Below, piece after piece: positions 1-14,100 of a DNA stretch of 64,000 bases (position 1 is its first letter; each line of letters opens with the position of its first letter). The stretch is from NCBI GenBank assembly GCA_965153455.1, contig OZ234494.1:1798001-1862000 (forward strand), in the 5' to 3' direction. The position numbers were made by a program, and so were the translations under genes. The DNA is from Sphagnum compactum. Lineage: Eukaryota. A model generated the notes under the pieces. The model was not told the origin of the DNA, searched no databases, and worked only from the letters and a program-made list of their open reading frames with translations.

Positions 1-929
1 CTACTGGATTCCACCTGCTAATTAGATCTAACATCTTCAGTCTATCTTCTCTTTCCTAAAGCAGACCCCTTCCTCTTCCCTTTTTGCATTTGAATGCTTG
101 CAGAAAACTATAGCATTTCTTGGAATCTCGGCTCATTTTTCTCACGTAATGAGAATTCTGAGGTTGGAACATTCTCCTTGGGGCAGTTAAGATACCACCC
201 ATAGTCGATGAGGTGTGACAAGCTCCAGTCCTTCAGAAGATCCTTATGATACATGATGTTGTCTACTTTTGGATCCCACCAGATCCCAAAAGGGGGGAGG
301 GGGGGGAGCTGGTCAATGGTTCCCATCAAAAGGATGTGATAGAAACATTTGCAAAAAACAACAAGATTTTAGTTCTAAAATGTTCTTCATGCTCTACTTT
401 CGACACCAAGAGTAGGGGAATAGTCGCTGCAATAGAAGGAGGAAGGAAGTGCTAAACCTGTACAACACTCATTTGAGGGCCTCCTTCCTTCTTGTAAGTA
501 GCTCTTAGGATTTACTTCTACGCACTATGTCCCTTGGCTTGAACTCATGGAAGAAATAGATCTCCCAAAGAGCTTGTTGTCAGTTGTAAATGTAAATGGA
601 AAATCCAACACGGTCAAGCCTAGATTCGTGACTATAGAAGCATAATGCTTCAAAGCCTTGGACTCCAACTGCATCAAATAATTAAAGGATTAATAGCCAA
701 CGAGAAAGATGAAAGAAAGCAAAGTAGAGGAAGAAATCATACCTTGTGTTAGAAAGTGGCCTTGTGGAGCCACTTGTTAAATTGCTGGTTCAAAAATCCT
801 TGCTTTAGGAAATTCTTGGCCTCCTTGAGCACACTAGACTCATTCTAGGTCTTGAGCTAGGAGAGTTTTTGCCGTGGAGTCACACATGACTCTCGCTCTA
901 AAAGTGAAAATGGTTACTATTACATATAG

Positions 930-3050
930 GATACTTGTTTTCCAAGGCAACATATTGGAAAGAAAATGTTTTTGTCCAAGATGTCTATGCATGGAGATGG
1001 TATTGGCTGTGATTTAGTTAAGCGGATGCAACCTGGGGGCAACCTCTAAACCACTTAGATCATGTTTGATCATCCAAAACGTGTTGAAGGTTGGATGACA
1101 TTCACTTGCCATGTGTATGATTTTTTCTATTGCAAGGTCATGATGATTGCAATATGTGATATGCAATTTGAAGACACAAAGGTTTAATGTGTATTGTGGT
1201 AGAATCTAAACAAGGTGATGGGCAATAATGGTGTTCCCAATCCAAACTTCAAAGGATTCATGGTCAACAATGCCTTATGGTAGCAGAAATGCAAGTGAGT
1301 TGATGGTTAATAGAGAACAAATTTGTTTTTTTCACTAAAATCAATCCATGGATAGACACACAAAACATCAGATCAAACCAGAGTTGTGAAAAAAAATAGA
1401 ACATTGTGCTATGAATACCAAAATGCCATTTTTTTGGAAGAGGTAGATGCTCGACATGCAGCAATTCAATGTTGGTGGTGTTTTTCGAAGGTAGCTAATG
1501 AAGTTAAACTTCAAGAGTTGGAAAATTTGTTTAGTTTTTGGCACTTTCGTGTGAGGCAATGGGGAAGATTTATGATACATGTACTATTTTCAACCCTCCC
1601 ACACATCTCTTCTTTCACCCCATATTCTTGACAATTTCACATCTATGGTAGCAAACTTTTTAAATATCACAACAAACATTTATTTTGTTTTGCAAAAATT
1701 CTCTTCAGAAGAGCTTGCAAACATGCCCAGATGCAACCTTTCAAAGACAATGCATACGACTTTAACAATCTAGGAAAAGGGGAACCTACTTATATGTTGC
1801 GACATCGGATGATTATGTTCAGGCTTTCAAACAATCGACATTATATTCTCATTTCAAGTGGGGTCTCACATTCAAGGAGTTGGGAGCGCGTCAGGCTTGA
1901 TAAGAATGAACTGCTTTTGCATAGAACAACCCAATCTGGAGATCCAAAACAACTTGCAAACATAGTTCTAAAATATTCCCTAGGTTCAGCTTGCACGTTA
2001 GAATCACACATATGGAAGGTGAGGAGATGTTTGGTTCTTGCAAACAAAAGGTAAACCTAGTCGTTGGATTAGAAGGGGATTCACATAGGCATGACCGTGT
2101 GAATTTCTCTCATCCTTGTGTAAGCCATACAATTGCTAGTCGAAGTGTGAACATTGAGGAACGTTTTGCAGATCAAATTGAAGAAGATGTTGAGGTCCTT
2201 GAGGTTTCATGTGGAGATGGAGTTTGGTTATTGAGAGATGCCCCCCTACGTTGCATGTTCAATGTTTTGTGTTGTAAAAATCCACCAAACATTCTTGGCC
2301 ATAAGGATAATTACCAAGCCAACTTCCATTGGTGTCCATGCCTCGACTTACTCAAGGTTGTGGTCTCAATTCCCTGGTGCACCTTTAAAGCTACATAAGT
2401 TTTGGTTCTATGCAGATGACAGTAATTGTTGTGTTGGTAATATGAAACGCAAGTATTCATTGGATAGACTAGTTGTCCCAAAAATTTGGCATGTTAAAAT
2501 TGAAACCAATCTCACCCAAGATGAAATCAAGTCTCTTGAAAAAGAAGGATTTGTTTTGAATAAATGACAACCAATCTTTCTTCAAAGCCTATTCAGAGGG
2601 GAAACCTCCATTCCTATAAATAAGCTAGTGGATGAAATGTCATGGCCAACATATGTAATGGTAAGGCTATTCATTGTACAATGCCATTTAAGATGTCAAA
2701 TCTACATTACAATTAGTGGGAGGGTGGTCAACTTCTTGAAGCAACTATAAACCCACCATTGGAGGTTCCCCCTCCTAGATGTGGACAAATATATAAGATT
2801 CTGTCTCGTCAAAATCCAAACAAAAAAGAATTATGAAGTTACAATAGGGAATTTCCCAGCTTGCACTTGTTTGGATTTTGTAGCAATGATTTCCAGTTCG
2901 TTAGGTTGACGAGGGAAATGGGTGCCTTGTAAACACATGTATTATGTTTTACAACCATGTTTTGTGGAAAATTCAAAAGTTTCATCCATTTTCCAACTTG
3001 GAGTTGTGATGAAGTTCATCGCTTATTGAATCGTAATGTAACTTTGGTGT
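930..3050 (+). mobile_element. Degenerate MULE-like DNA transposase relic with SWIM zinc finger
   Basis: Manual translation at ~2840-2955 gives TIGNFPACTCLDFVAMISSSLG*RGKWVPCKHMYYVLQ (SWIM C-x-C-xn-C-x-H). Upstream fragments such as MFDHPKRVEGWMTFTCHVYD..CKVMMIAICDMQ look transposase-like. Many stops and frameshifts; boundaries approximate. Confidence 0.6.
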
Positions 3051-4149
3051 AGGTAGGAGTATTATTTTGAATTGTCAATGATAACGTTCATTTTGATGTT
3101 ATGTGTTTGGCTCTTAGATTACAACTTGCAAAGGATGTTACCGATTTGGTTTTATAAACAATTTCATAATTATTCATTCAACATTTTGTTTAGCATGAAT
3201 GATTAAACACTATTAGATAGAAATTAGTTATTAGACTAATTTAAATGTTCATGAATAATTAAAAACATTATCTTGAAAGATTATGGGAAATCAATTTTAA
3301 GTTTCAATTGCAAACAACTACAATAAAAGTTATGATATCCTTGTCACCGACAACATATTCTGCTTATTTTGATGACTATTCTATATCACTAAAAGAATAT
3401 TTTTGCCATGTGATATAATATTATGTCCACATGGATGGAATATTTTTATTTACGTGGAAAATATTTGGTTTACGTGGTAAGAATATTTTTCCAAAATTCT
3501 ATGTTGTTCACAAAAATTTAGCTCACTACTCATGTTCATGCGTTCGCATGATAGTTGCGTTGAAAATAAATTAACGTAATCAAGCCTAATTAAGACTACT
3601 TAGGCTCTAGGCTACATTTTGATTAAGTTAAGGTAAACCTAGCTAAGTTAAACCTAAACTAAGGTAAGCTCGACATAGGTTCTAATCTAAAGTAGACTTA
3701 GATTAAACTAGGTTAATTTAGGTTAGACATAAAAATAGTTAGTCTAACATGGCTAGCACAATTTTTAAAATAAATTTGGGAAAAAAAATCACTTGGGGGT
3801 AAACATAGCTGAATTAAAATTGAACATAACTATTGAAGTTAAACATGGTTAAAAAAACATAAATATGGTTAAACAATTTAAAACAAAATTACTTAAATTA
3901 AACATGGTTAAAATAACATAAATGCAATTAAACAAAAATTCTTTGACTAAACATGGTTAATCAATGATAAATTAAGCTAAATTTGAAATTTAGGTTATAT
4001 TTGGAATTTTTTTTTTAAAGTTCATTATTGAAGCAATACATGGTTAAATCTGATTGAATTATGATAAAATTATAACCTAAATTAGGTTCTTTAAACTAAA
4101 CTTGGCTAATAAAATGATTGGTCCTATGTAATTATAGGTTTTTTTTAGT

Positions 4150-4520
4150 CATTTTTATTAATTATATGAGTCATGAAGTTAACTATTAGTTGTTAAAGAC
4201 ATTTTTAGTCATTTTAAAAATCATATTGAAAATTATAATTGCATAAAAAAAGTTGTAAAAAACATGTTTTGGCATTATGAACATTTTAAACCAATCAACA
4301 AATAAAATTTTATTGAAATTAGTGTCATAAATCATTAGGTTAACTATCAATCTTGCTAAAAATATTTTTAATTGTTTTGTTAATTGTGTTGAATATTATA
4401 ATTACATAATACAAGTCGTAAAAAACATGTTTTAGTATTATGAAGATTTTGACCAATCAATAAATGCAATTTTATTGAAATTAATGTCATGAATCATGAT
4501 ATTAACTACTAATTGTAACA
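4150..4520. repeat. Degenerate ~170-bp direct repeat in AT-rich DNA
   Basis: AAAAAACATGTTTT(G/A)G(C/T)ATTATGAA...ACCAATCAA..AAAT..AATTTTATTGAAATTA.TGTCAT recurs at ~4257 and ~4420. Confidence 0.6.
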
Positions 4521-5027
4521 CCTTGTTGACACATGGCATGCCACATCATCATCATTAAAAATTCAATTTTTATTAATTGTTATTAGTTGCAAAAGTAAAC
4601 TGTATTTTTGAATCCTAATTTTAAATCATTCAAAAATATATTAATACAATTTTTTTAAAAAAAAATTCACCTAAAGTTTGAACAAGTTGTCATATTGACT
4701 ATAGTTGCAAAACTATGATGCCAAGTGACATCTTAATGTCCTTTGCAACTACATAACAATTTTTGTGACCAAATAATTACAAATATACTCAAAAAAAAAA
4801 TCATTTAAAAAACTGGTCACAAAATCCAAAATGTGTTATTGTGATGGAAAAAAAAAATGATGAGGTTAAAGTTATTGTTAAGTGTGCTTTGCATGTTGAA
4901 CATTTTAAAATGAAATCCACAACTTTGTCACACCTTTTCTTTTGGTGCTCATTGATTTTCATTTTCGAATTCTTCTTGTAATAACAATAGACACAAAGAA
5001 ACTCCTTCCTATCCTCTTGGCAATGAT

Positions 5028-5847
5028 TGACGCGCTCCCAAGTTCCTAATTAAACCTAAGATGGGTCCAAGTTACTTAAACAACGAAATTGTGAGGAACT
5101 CAGGGCATGCTCCCAACTCTCAGCATTAAAAGGGGTAGAGGGGCGTGCTGAGGCTCCAAGATGGGATTAGGAAGAGTGACAAGCTTTAGTTACTCACTCG
5201 AATCTGCATCAAACCAACCAACAAGTTGGTTAGTTCACTTTCTGGATCACCTTTAGTGTTAGGACAAGCCACGGGCAACTCTGGATTCACAAGACTCACC
5301 ACGGCCTGGACTTGGGGGAAGCCACCACCTCCCCCCATATAGTATTCTCTGCGTCTCTCCACGAAGCCTACATCCGAATGGCTTTTTGTCCAGGGACTCC
5401 CAAGGAGGAGTCCCGAAACTGTCATGGTTTGGACTCCCGCAACTTTGCGAGACTATAACTCTTTGCTCAGACCTCTAATTGGGACAAGGTCTAAAGCAAA
5501 GTTGTAGCTCTCGTCAAGAGCTTTCCAACGGTGTGTCGCACTTCACCTGCACGCACCAGGGTCGGGTCGATTCTTGACTTTTAGTGGTCGGGAGTCAAAT
5601 TGCCAGTTTGACTCCCGACCCTTCTTTTGGCCATAACTTATGCTGCAAATCTCCAAATGGCTCATGCGAACCCAATTTCACATCTGCACTTCAATAGCTT
5701 TCCAGTGATATAAAGAACTCCTCAATGCGAGGTGTTTTGACCCCTGGAATCGAACTCTGAAGTTTCAGGAGTTCCGGAGGACTCCCAAGTCCCCATTTCG
5801 TGAGTGTGAGGCTCATCTTCACACTCTCTCAAAGTAGGGTTGCGACA
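5028..5847. mobile_element. Solo LTR (820 bp) with 5-bp target-site duplication
   Basis: Begins TGAC (5028) and ends GACA (5847), i.e. TG...CA. Flanked by the perfect direct repeat ATGAT (5023-5027 and 5848-5852). GC-richer than its flanks, with no gag/pol. Confidence 0.85.
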
Positions 5848-6180
5848 ATGATTATGACATTCTTGAAGTAATTATAATCACTCCTCACGAATGTAGGTTT
5901 CCACAAAAATTGTTTTGTTTATTTTGACATTTTTTATTATTAAGTTAGTTCCTTTGCTCTCCATGTTTCCTTTCTTTTATCACACCTAATTCAACTATTT
6001 TGCTAAAAATAACGGAAAACATGAAGAATAGAATGTTATGCTTGGATTGCCTCACAATTGTGTTGAAAAGAAAGAAAGTTCGTAATTATAACAAAACCAA
6101 TAAATGGTACAAAGAAACTAAACCTTAATTGAAACATGGGTTATGAACAATTGTGACGATTGACATGCGACCCATCTCAC

Positions 6181-6350
6181 TTGTAATCCATTATACCTAA
6201 ACTTAAAAACTTATTCCATTACTTTCATTAATTGTCTTATAATCCATTATACCTAAACTTTAAAACCTATTCCATTACTTTCATTAATTGTCTTGTAATC
6301 CATTATACCTAAACTTTAAAACCTATTCCATTACTTTCATTAATTGTCTT
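6181..6350. repeat. Tandem repeat, ~56-bp unit x3
   Basis: TAATCCATTATACCTAAACTT(T)AAAA(A)C(C)TATTCCATTACTTTCATTAATTGTCTT occurs three times head to tail. Confidence 0.9.
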
Positions 6351-7567
6351 GATAGAATAGTTCAAAGAAAGATGGACCATGCGTGAGAAAATTGAAAAAG
6401 GTTCAGAGTGTTGTGCATGGGGCATGGATGGGTTTCACATTGGGGCACATGGAGCATGTGCACATGGTGTCAAAACATAAGTCTTGAAACATGTTTCGAT
6501 GGGTGGTATGTTTTAGGCATTAAGTTGCCCAAGCATCGAAAGTTGTGTTGGGTCGTTCGCCAAAACTTGACATGTTTCGATGGATGAATGGTTTCAAGGT
6601 TCAAATTTCAAGGAACATGTTTAGGGGCATGGCACTTCTAGGTGGTCAAAATTGACGTGTACTTATTTGATGACCCACACCACTCACGGATCAAAACTTA
6701 CACCAAAACACTTGGAACGAGCGACATTTACGACTTGTTGTTGAAATAATGTTAAACATCCTTTAGGAGGTCACATTGACAAGTTCTTACAACTAATGGG
6801 ATCATTGTAACATCACCTTAAAAAATTTCATGATTGTAAAACAAAGAAAACTCAAATGAATTAAATGTGAAAACAAATGGAATGAGTTGAATGATGTCCC
6901 CACTTGCAACATCAAGTTTTTGAAACATGAATCTTCTTGACACTGAATTGAAAGCATTGAAAGCATTTGCAGCATCAAGTTGGAGGACAACCTAGTGAGG
7001 GTGGTGAAGGTGTGAAGCACGTTGGAACCCATGCCACTACATTGCCTGAACCTCGAAAAAGAAAACAAAGGGAGAAGAAAACCGGGGTTCTGAAGTCTGA
7101 GACTTTTGCGGGATGTCGAAGCTTAGCAGGGCGACCCGGGGAAAGCGCGGGTGAGAGACAGAGCAGGATGGTAAGGTGGGGAGAAAGGTTCTTCTTGCAA
7201 GGCCGTGGTGAATACGATTCCGATCAGGGATTGCTTCATCGCGCCGTCTGTTTGCAGGTAAGTTCTTGCACTTTATCTTCTCATTCCGGTTCCCTTGATG
7301 TATCGATCTCGTTTTAGAATGCAGAACCGGGGAAGCGTTGGTTTGGCAAACTTCTAACGCTTTTTCTGCAATAGGAATGGATCCTTCAATCTGCTGTTTC
7401 TCTCATCTGAACAGTATATTGTGAAGATATATATGGTTGGGGTTTTTTTTTCCTCAGATGTACAACCTTTTTGCAGTTAGCTACACTCTACATTCAGAGA
7501 GCTTCAGTTTCGTTTGTCTCGGGTTCAGGACATGGGCGTGTGAGCGGCTGCGGGCTTGTGGAAGGAG

Positions 7568-10500
7568 ATGGCAACTACAGCCCTGCAGAGGACGGGAAGC
7601 TCGTATCAGAGGACCAGCCCTAGCTCTTCCCCTCGTCAACGCTTGTCCAGTCACAGATCTTCGTCCCTTTCACGGTTCGAGAAGGATGGATTTTCTCTCG
7701 CCAACACGACTGACAGCGGAACGGAGGCTGCGGAGGCGGCATCCCGGGCTGCCATAGAAGAGTTTCAGAAGGACAGTGTTTTTGCGAAGTTCCTTGCCGA
7801 AGACTTCAGTCCAACACAATTTGCTAGCGAGGCTCTGAGCAGTGGATCGGCGGCATCCTCATCAGAGAAATTGCAAGAAGGCATTCAGCTGCTTGAGAAA
7901 CAGCTAAGGAGCGAGGTCTTCCTTAGACGCGATGAGTTACTTCAACAGCTCTCCAATTTGAAGGAGACAGAGAGTGTTCTGACAGTGGTAAGGGCAGGCG
8001 TGGAAAGTCTGCAAGCGTCAACTCAGAGGGTTAGGTCGGAGATTGCAGAGCCTTATAAACAGATAAAAATCAAGTCACGACAGCTTGCGTCACTTCACGA
8101 CACTGTGGAGCTTCTGCGGTCGGTGATCCGGGCTCTCAAGCAGTTGAAAAAACTGCAAGAATTGATGGAGTCAGGGGGTGCTAAAGCTGACCTAGCAAAG
8201 GCGGCTCAACTTTACAATGAGATTGAAACCTTGACAAAGGAAGCTGACCTTGCAGGTGTGGAGGTGCTGGACGAAGAGATCCCTTGGCTCTTGGAGGTTG
8301 GAAATCAGATTAGATCTGAGGCAATGAAAGGTCTTGAGAGCGGAATGGAGGCACTCAATCAAGCTGAGGTAGGGAGTATCTTACAAGTGTTCTATAACAT
8401 GGGCGAGCTCAAGTCTACCGTAGAATCTTTGATCAACAAGTACAAGGGACTGGTTGTGAAGAGTGTGAGTTCTGCATTGGACATGAAGGCAATCTCTGCC
8501 AGTGCTGGCAGTTCCCAGGGATCTGGGGGTTTGCAGAGGAGTGGAGCTCCTCAAGCTGGTGGTGGTTCCAGAGCAAGAGAAAGCCTTTGGCAAAGGATGG
8601 GAGCTTGTATGGACCAGCTACATTCAATTCTTTTGGCAGCATGGCATTTGCAGCGGGTCCTATCAAAGAAGAGAGATCCTATTTCTCATATTGGATTCCT
8701 TGATGAAGTTATGCAGGTAAGAGATTGTTATATGAGGGCACTGTTGCTCAGAAGGGAAAATACAATAGGAGACCTTAGTTTTCTTAGGTCTAACTTGCTG
8801 TAAGACCCAAAACCATTGCCCAGATTTTTGGAGGTTGATAATGATGAACACTAAAATATTAAGAAAACTCAGTGATCTCTCAAGAGATCATAAATGTCTC
8901 TGCTATAACACTGCAACCAACATGGCCAAAACTGCACAAATAATAGTTAAATGATCATGCTAGAAGGTGCAACATTAGTGTGACCCAGTGGCCTATAAGC
9001 TTAAAAGTACTTTTGATTTTTTAAAAATAATTTTTTAAATGGGCCAGAACTTATTATTCTATCTCTTGTTAGATACAAGTGTAATCCTTGTTACAGAGTA
9101 ATGTCCTGGCAAACCCAAAATTCATAACAAAATGGTTGCAGGAAGAAAACTGAGAGGAACACTTTCATAAAACTGTGGAATAGACCTTGGTTTGATGTAA
9201 CATTGTTCTGCATTGTGATTTCAAAGAGGGACAAACATCCCTGTGTTTTTCTTGTGTACTGTGCAGGCTGGTGATCCAATGCTGACAGAGCGGGTTTGGG
9301 AAGCTTTGGTGAAGTCATTTGGAAGCCAGATGAAATCTGCATTCACAGCCTCCAGCTTTGTGAAAGAGACATTTGTGATGGGGTATCCTAAGCTTTTGAG
9401 CTTGATAGACAGCTTGGTGGAGAAACTGGTCCATGACACAGATGTCAAAGGTGTACCTGCAGCCATCAAGCCAGAAGCTAGAGAGCAGCTGATTGCTGCT
9501 CTTGAGCCATTCCAGACAGCATACCTAGGAAAATCTTTTGGCCGCCTTTCTGATTTTGTCAATAGCATTTTTCCAACTGCCATTCGGGGCAGCATACCAA
9601 CTCAAGAGCACATCACAAGACTAGTCTCCCGCATTCATGAGGAGCTTGATGCCTCAAAGTCAGATAAGGGTCTTACTCTTCTGGTTCTGCATGAAGTTGA
9701 CAAAGTTCTTCAACTCTTTGCTGAGAAAGCTAAAAGTCAGGTAATTTTAAACTTGCCTTTTGTAAACATCCTTGACATGCTCTTATGACTAAAGTGTTGG
9801 AAAATTGCTGACATAAGAAATGATTTCTTTGTTATCTGGAGTAGGGCCCTCACTGAAGTTTACCAGACCATGTTTTTCATATGCAACATGGTAACAAACT
9901 TCATATGATTAATAATGCAGTGCATCAATGCTCTTTGGGAATCTTATAATAGCAATTCAGAATCAAAGGACCAAGAATCAGAAAGACCTTGTGTGTGAAT
10001 GTTATCTGAGAGACCAGTTGGTCTTATTATCTAAAATTCGGCTTTTGAACATAGCAAAGCTCTATTAGGAACATTCAGGACAATTTCATACAAATGTACG
10101 AGCAGTGCATTTAAGCCTGTCTCGTATTGGTCTGTTTGTCTTAAGTTGAAAAGATATCAGCATAAGACATCTTGCTGACTTTTGTGTTTGTGTTATATGT
10201 TCAGACATATACAGGCTTGGAGGCACGACAAGTCACAGGTCCTGTAACTCCACAACAACTGAAGAACTTCACCCTGTGCCTCTACCTTCAGGAGGTGCAT
10301 TCACGCATATCTATGCTTGGTGGTCTCCCCAGTGCAGCACCTGAGGTACTCTCTGCATCTTTAGGTGCCGTATATGGAGTGGCCTCTCATTGCATCACAC
10401 CACTCTTCAAGGCAATGGTGGAGAAACTTGAGAGCTGTATTTTGCAAATTCATGATCAAAATTTTGCTTCTGAGGGAAGTGTGCGTGATGGCTGCTCAAA

Positions 10501-11119
10501 GTACATGGAAGAGGTGCAGAAATGGATCATGCATTTCCGAAGTGAGTTTTTATCAAAGCTTTTGCCAGGTTCCCTTTCAGCTGCAGTACCTGTTGCTGGG
10601 CAGTCAATTGCTGCAAGCTTAGCAAGAAGAATGGCTTCTCGTGTTCTTTTGTTTTGGGTAAGACATGCTGCCATGGTCAGGCCTCTCTCTGAGTCGGGAA
10701 AGCTTCAATTGATTCGTGACATTTCAGAACTGGAGCTTGTTGTGGGTCAAAGCTTGTTTCCTGTGGAACAGCTAGGATCCCCATATCGAGCTCTTCGAGC
10801 ATTCAGACCCCTTGTGTTTCTCGAAACTTCAGAGTTAGCCAATAATCCAGTGCTGCAGGAACTGCCTCCAAGTGTGATTCTCCATCATCTCTACAGCCGA
10901 GCACCAGAAGAATTGGAGTCTCCAATGCAACAAGAAAAGTTATCTCCTGAGCTGTACTCTTTGTGGTTAGATTCTGAAGGTGAGGAGCAGGCCTGGAAAG
11001 GTATCAAAGCAACTTTGGATGAATATGCTGAAAAAGTGAAAGCCAGAGGAGACAAGGAATTCTCCCCCATATACCCACTGATGTTGAAGTTGGGCACATC
11101 ACTAATTGAGGGTGGGTGA
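7568..11119 (+). CDS. COG5: Conserved oligomeric Golgi complex subunit 5 (~845 aa)
   Basis: Exons 7568-8716, 9267-9740 and 10205-11119 join in frame through GT-AG introns. Motifs FSPTQFASEAL, AAWHLQRVLSKKRDP, GYPKLL, VRHAAMVRPLSESGKL and RGDKEFSPIYPLM match plant COG5. Probable 5'UTR intron 7258-7528. Confidence 0.93.
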
Positions 11120-14100
11120 ATTTCAAAGTGGTAAGACTTTACAGCGTGCCTACTGGATTCCATTAGTGCTTCCGTTGATACATGCTAGCAGAGATTGTAA
11201 ACAATTGTTATACTGGTTTCTTAGGCTGCATTGGCCTCAATTATAAAATGAATGACTTTATATGACATTTTCGGGGCTCTTATTCAGAGTGTAATCTTTT
11301 GGAGCATAGGCCATGATGTGTCAGAGCCAGATAAGCATCTTTATGCAAAGAAAGGTTGCATCTACTTCCGCAAAGAGCAGCAAACTGGTCAGCAAAGTAC
11401 ATATGGAGAATGACAAGGGAAGGGACAGAGAGGGACATGTGGGAGAGAGCAGTCAACAGTCTGGGTAGACAATGAGATGCTCAAATGGCTTTCTCTTCTG
11501 CTCTGTTTTGTTGAATTAAACCAAGCTTCTCTGACATATTGAGGGTTCTTTACAACCACTTCACCAGAATAAATCTCTGTTGGTGCCTCGTGTCTTTTCA
11601 TTGCTTTGTTTTGAGGGTAATTATGTAGAACTTTATCAGGTGTTCGACTTACTGACAAGGGTTGATTGTGAACAACGGTTGCTGTAGCATCCAAGGATCA
11701 GGGCTCTTTAGTGTGGCTGCTAGAAATCCTGAATGTCCCCATTCAACCCTTGTGACTTCAGGACAGCCTGAAGCTATTCTCTTCCTTCGTGTTTTTGTTA
11801 GGGTTTTTGAGCTGCTCAGTGGAATTGTGAATGCGCTCATAAATTTTGCACTAATAGCAGACCAACATGAAAGAAAATGATTGCACCTCATCTCCTTGTC
11901 CCATTTGTCTGACATAGCCTTGCTATCTTCGTACACATAGTGTTATCCCATTACTACTTATTGACATGCTTTCAATAGTCTGCCAATGCAACGCTTAGCA
12001 TGTGGTAATCTGGTGTCACAGTAGTCAGCGTAAGGTGTGGTCAATTAACCACATTTGTCATGTATCCAATGAAAATTTGGGACTGCAGGGAATTCAGACA
12101 ATGATTTTCCAGATTTGTTGATGCAAGACTTTTGAGGAAGCATAACGAACAAGAGTCCACCATGAGTGTCTTTGACAAAACTTAGTTGCCTGAGGTGTTG
12201 TGATGCCAAAATGGTATAGGGTCTTTAATGTAGGCTCTAGTGTAGGATTTAGGGTCTTTTGTCAGGAGAAAGCTACTCTGGCTGTCTCAGTCTTAACAGC
12301 TTGGAGCAAAGTGCTGCCAGCACTTTTCTGGTGATGTGGATTGTTTGTGTACTTGATGTGAGGATTTTGTGGGCGCTGGTGGCAAGAGCTTTTGGTGGTG
12401 CAGGCAAGGCATTGATGTGGTCCTGGTTGTTTCTTGGCTTCTGCTGGCTTTTTAAGGTGCTTGGAAGCTGAGCAACACAGTTTTTCTGGACTTGGAGGTG
12501 AAGATCTGATTAGTGAAGTTTCTTGCATCATAGTTCTTGCTAAGATTCTAGGAGAGACAGACTCTGGATTCTTAGCCTTGAATATTTCAAACCGTTTGTG
12601 CACAATGTGGGCTGTATATCTCATGAATGAAAGAGGGTAAGTGTATCTGGCATCTTGTGGCTTTCACTGATAATAATGAAAGAGCTCTCAGATTTTTTGG
12701 ATGATGCGGAGGATGACTACTGGGTTCTGTGTGTTCACTTCTGCTGTGCTGCTCTTAGGTGGTCATGTCTCAATTGTTTGCACATGTGTGGTGATTCCCA
12801 GTGGAAAAGTGGTTGGGATTGTTGTCATCTGTGTGGAACTGTATTGTCAGAGTAAGAGGAAGGGAAAGAATAAATGCTGGATTCAGTGAGCTTGGGTTTA
12901 GGGTTTGCACTTAGCTATCCAAGAAGTATTTACCTTCTTATCCATCTTCATGGTGAATATCTGGAACACAAAGTAACCAATTCAGACAGCTGGTTGGCTC
13001 ATGTAATTTACTGGAATTCAGTGTACTGCATGAATCACTGAGCATTTTGGGAGTGTGGACTTATTGATGAGTCACAATCTAGTATTCCTCACTCTTATGA
13101 GAACTTCCCTTATTAGTACCACTTTCACTCATCAGTCCATTCTTGCACAATTCATTTCATTCCAACTGTATCATTGTTTGTGACTCAAGAAGGCCTTTTC
13201 TTATCAGGATTGATGATGGAAGACCCAAATTAGGGGTTGTAAAGAAGCCCAAAAATGTATCGTGTTCTTCACAGATTTTTCTCCTCCTTTTTGCTCCAAG
13301 GATTCTGCTCTTTTTTCAAGAAATGACGAATTGGTCATGGTAACTTCAAGCAAACAGCTCATGCATAGAAGTCCATAAAGTAATCATGCACAACTTGTTT
13401 ACTAGAAGAAATTGTGCTCCTTGAGGGCCCTGGAGCCCAGGTGAGGTTGGAATGGTGTGGTGGCACAGCTGCAGAGCATCTGCTGGTCTTGTCCATGGGT
13501 GACTGGCCCTCTAGATAGTTAACAAAGAAGATGAAGCAATTAAACTTGGGTTCCCAACCTCCTAGGGATGGAGTCAACCTCTGAGACTTTGTGACTCCAT
13601 CAGTACACTGATCATCTCAGAACCTTGATGTGCTTTGAAGCATAATAGGTTAGTCCCTATGTTGCTGGAAATTGGGAAATATGGTTCCTTGTATACACTG
13701 TACCTCTCTGAAATCATTCCAGGATATTGCAGTTTGGTTTTGCTATATCTATGCATATTGCACATGCCGTTTGCCACATGCAAGCAACTGGTGGTCATGA
13801 TGCACTGCTGCATATGCAAATAGAAGTTATTTTCTCAATTGCTTGACAAACCTCTCTATTCCAGGAGTTGAGGTGGGTAAGGATGCAGAAAAATTGTGTG
13901 AATTAAGGCAGGATGCCATCCTGCATAGTTTACTCAAGTATGACTTTGTCTGAAGATGCAAGGTAACATGCAAAATTGACTACCACTACATTGAATGTGC
14001 AACAGCATTCATATTGAGTGAGGGACAGCTTGTATTATGGACCCTTACACTGCCATTATGACCAGACTGAAATCCATGGTGACTCTTCTGAGAGCCCTTT

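Noticed and set aside
108-455. Short overlapping ORFs at the window start
   Set aside because: No recognisable domain or splice model; probably part of the adjacent decayed transposon.
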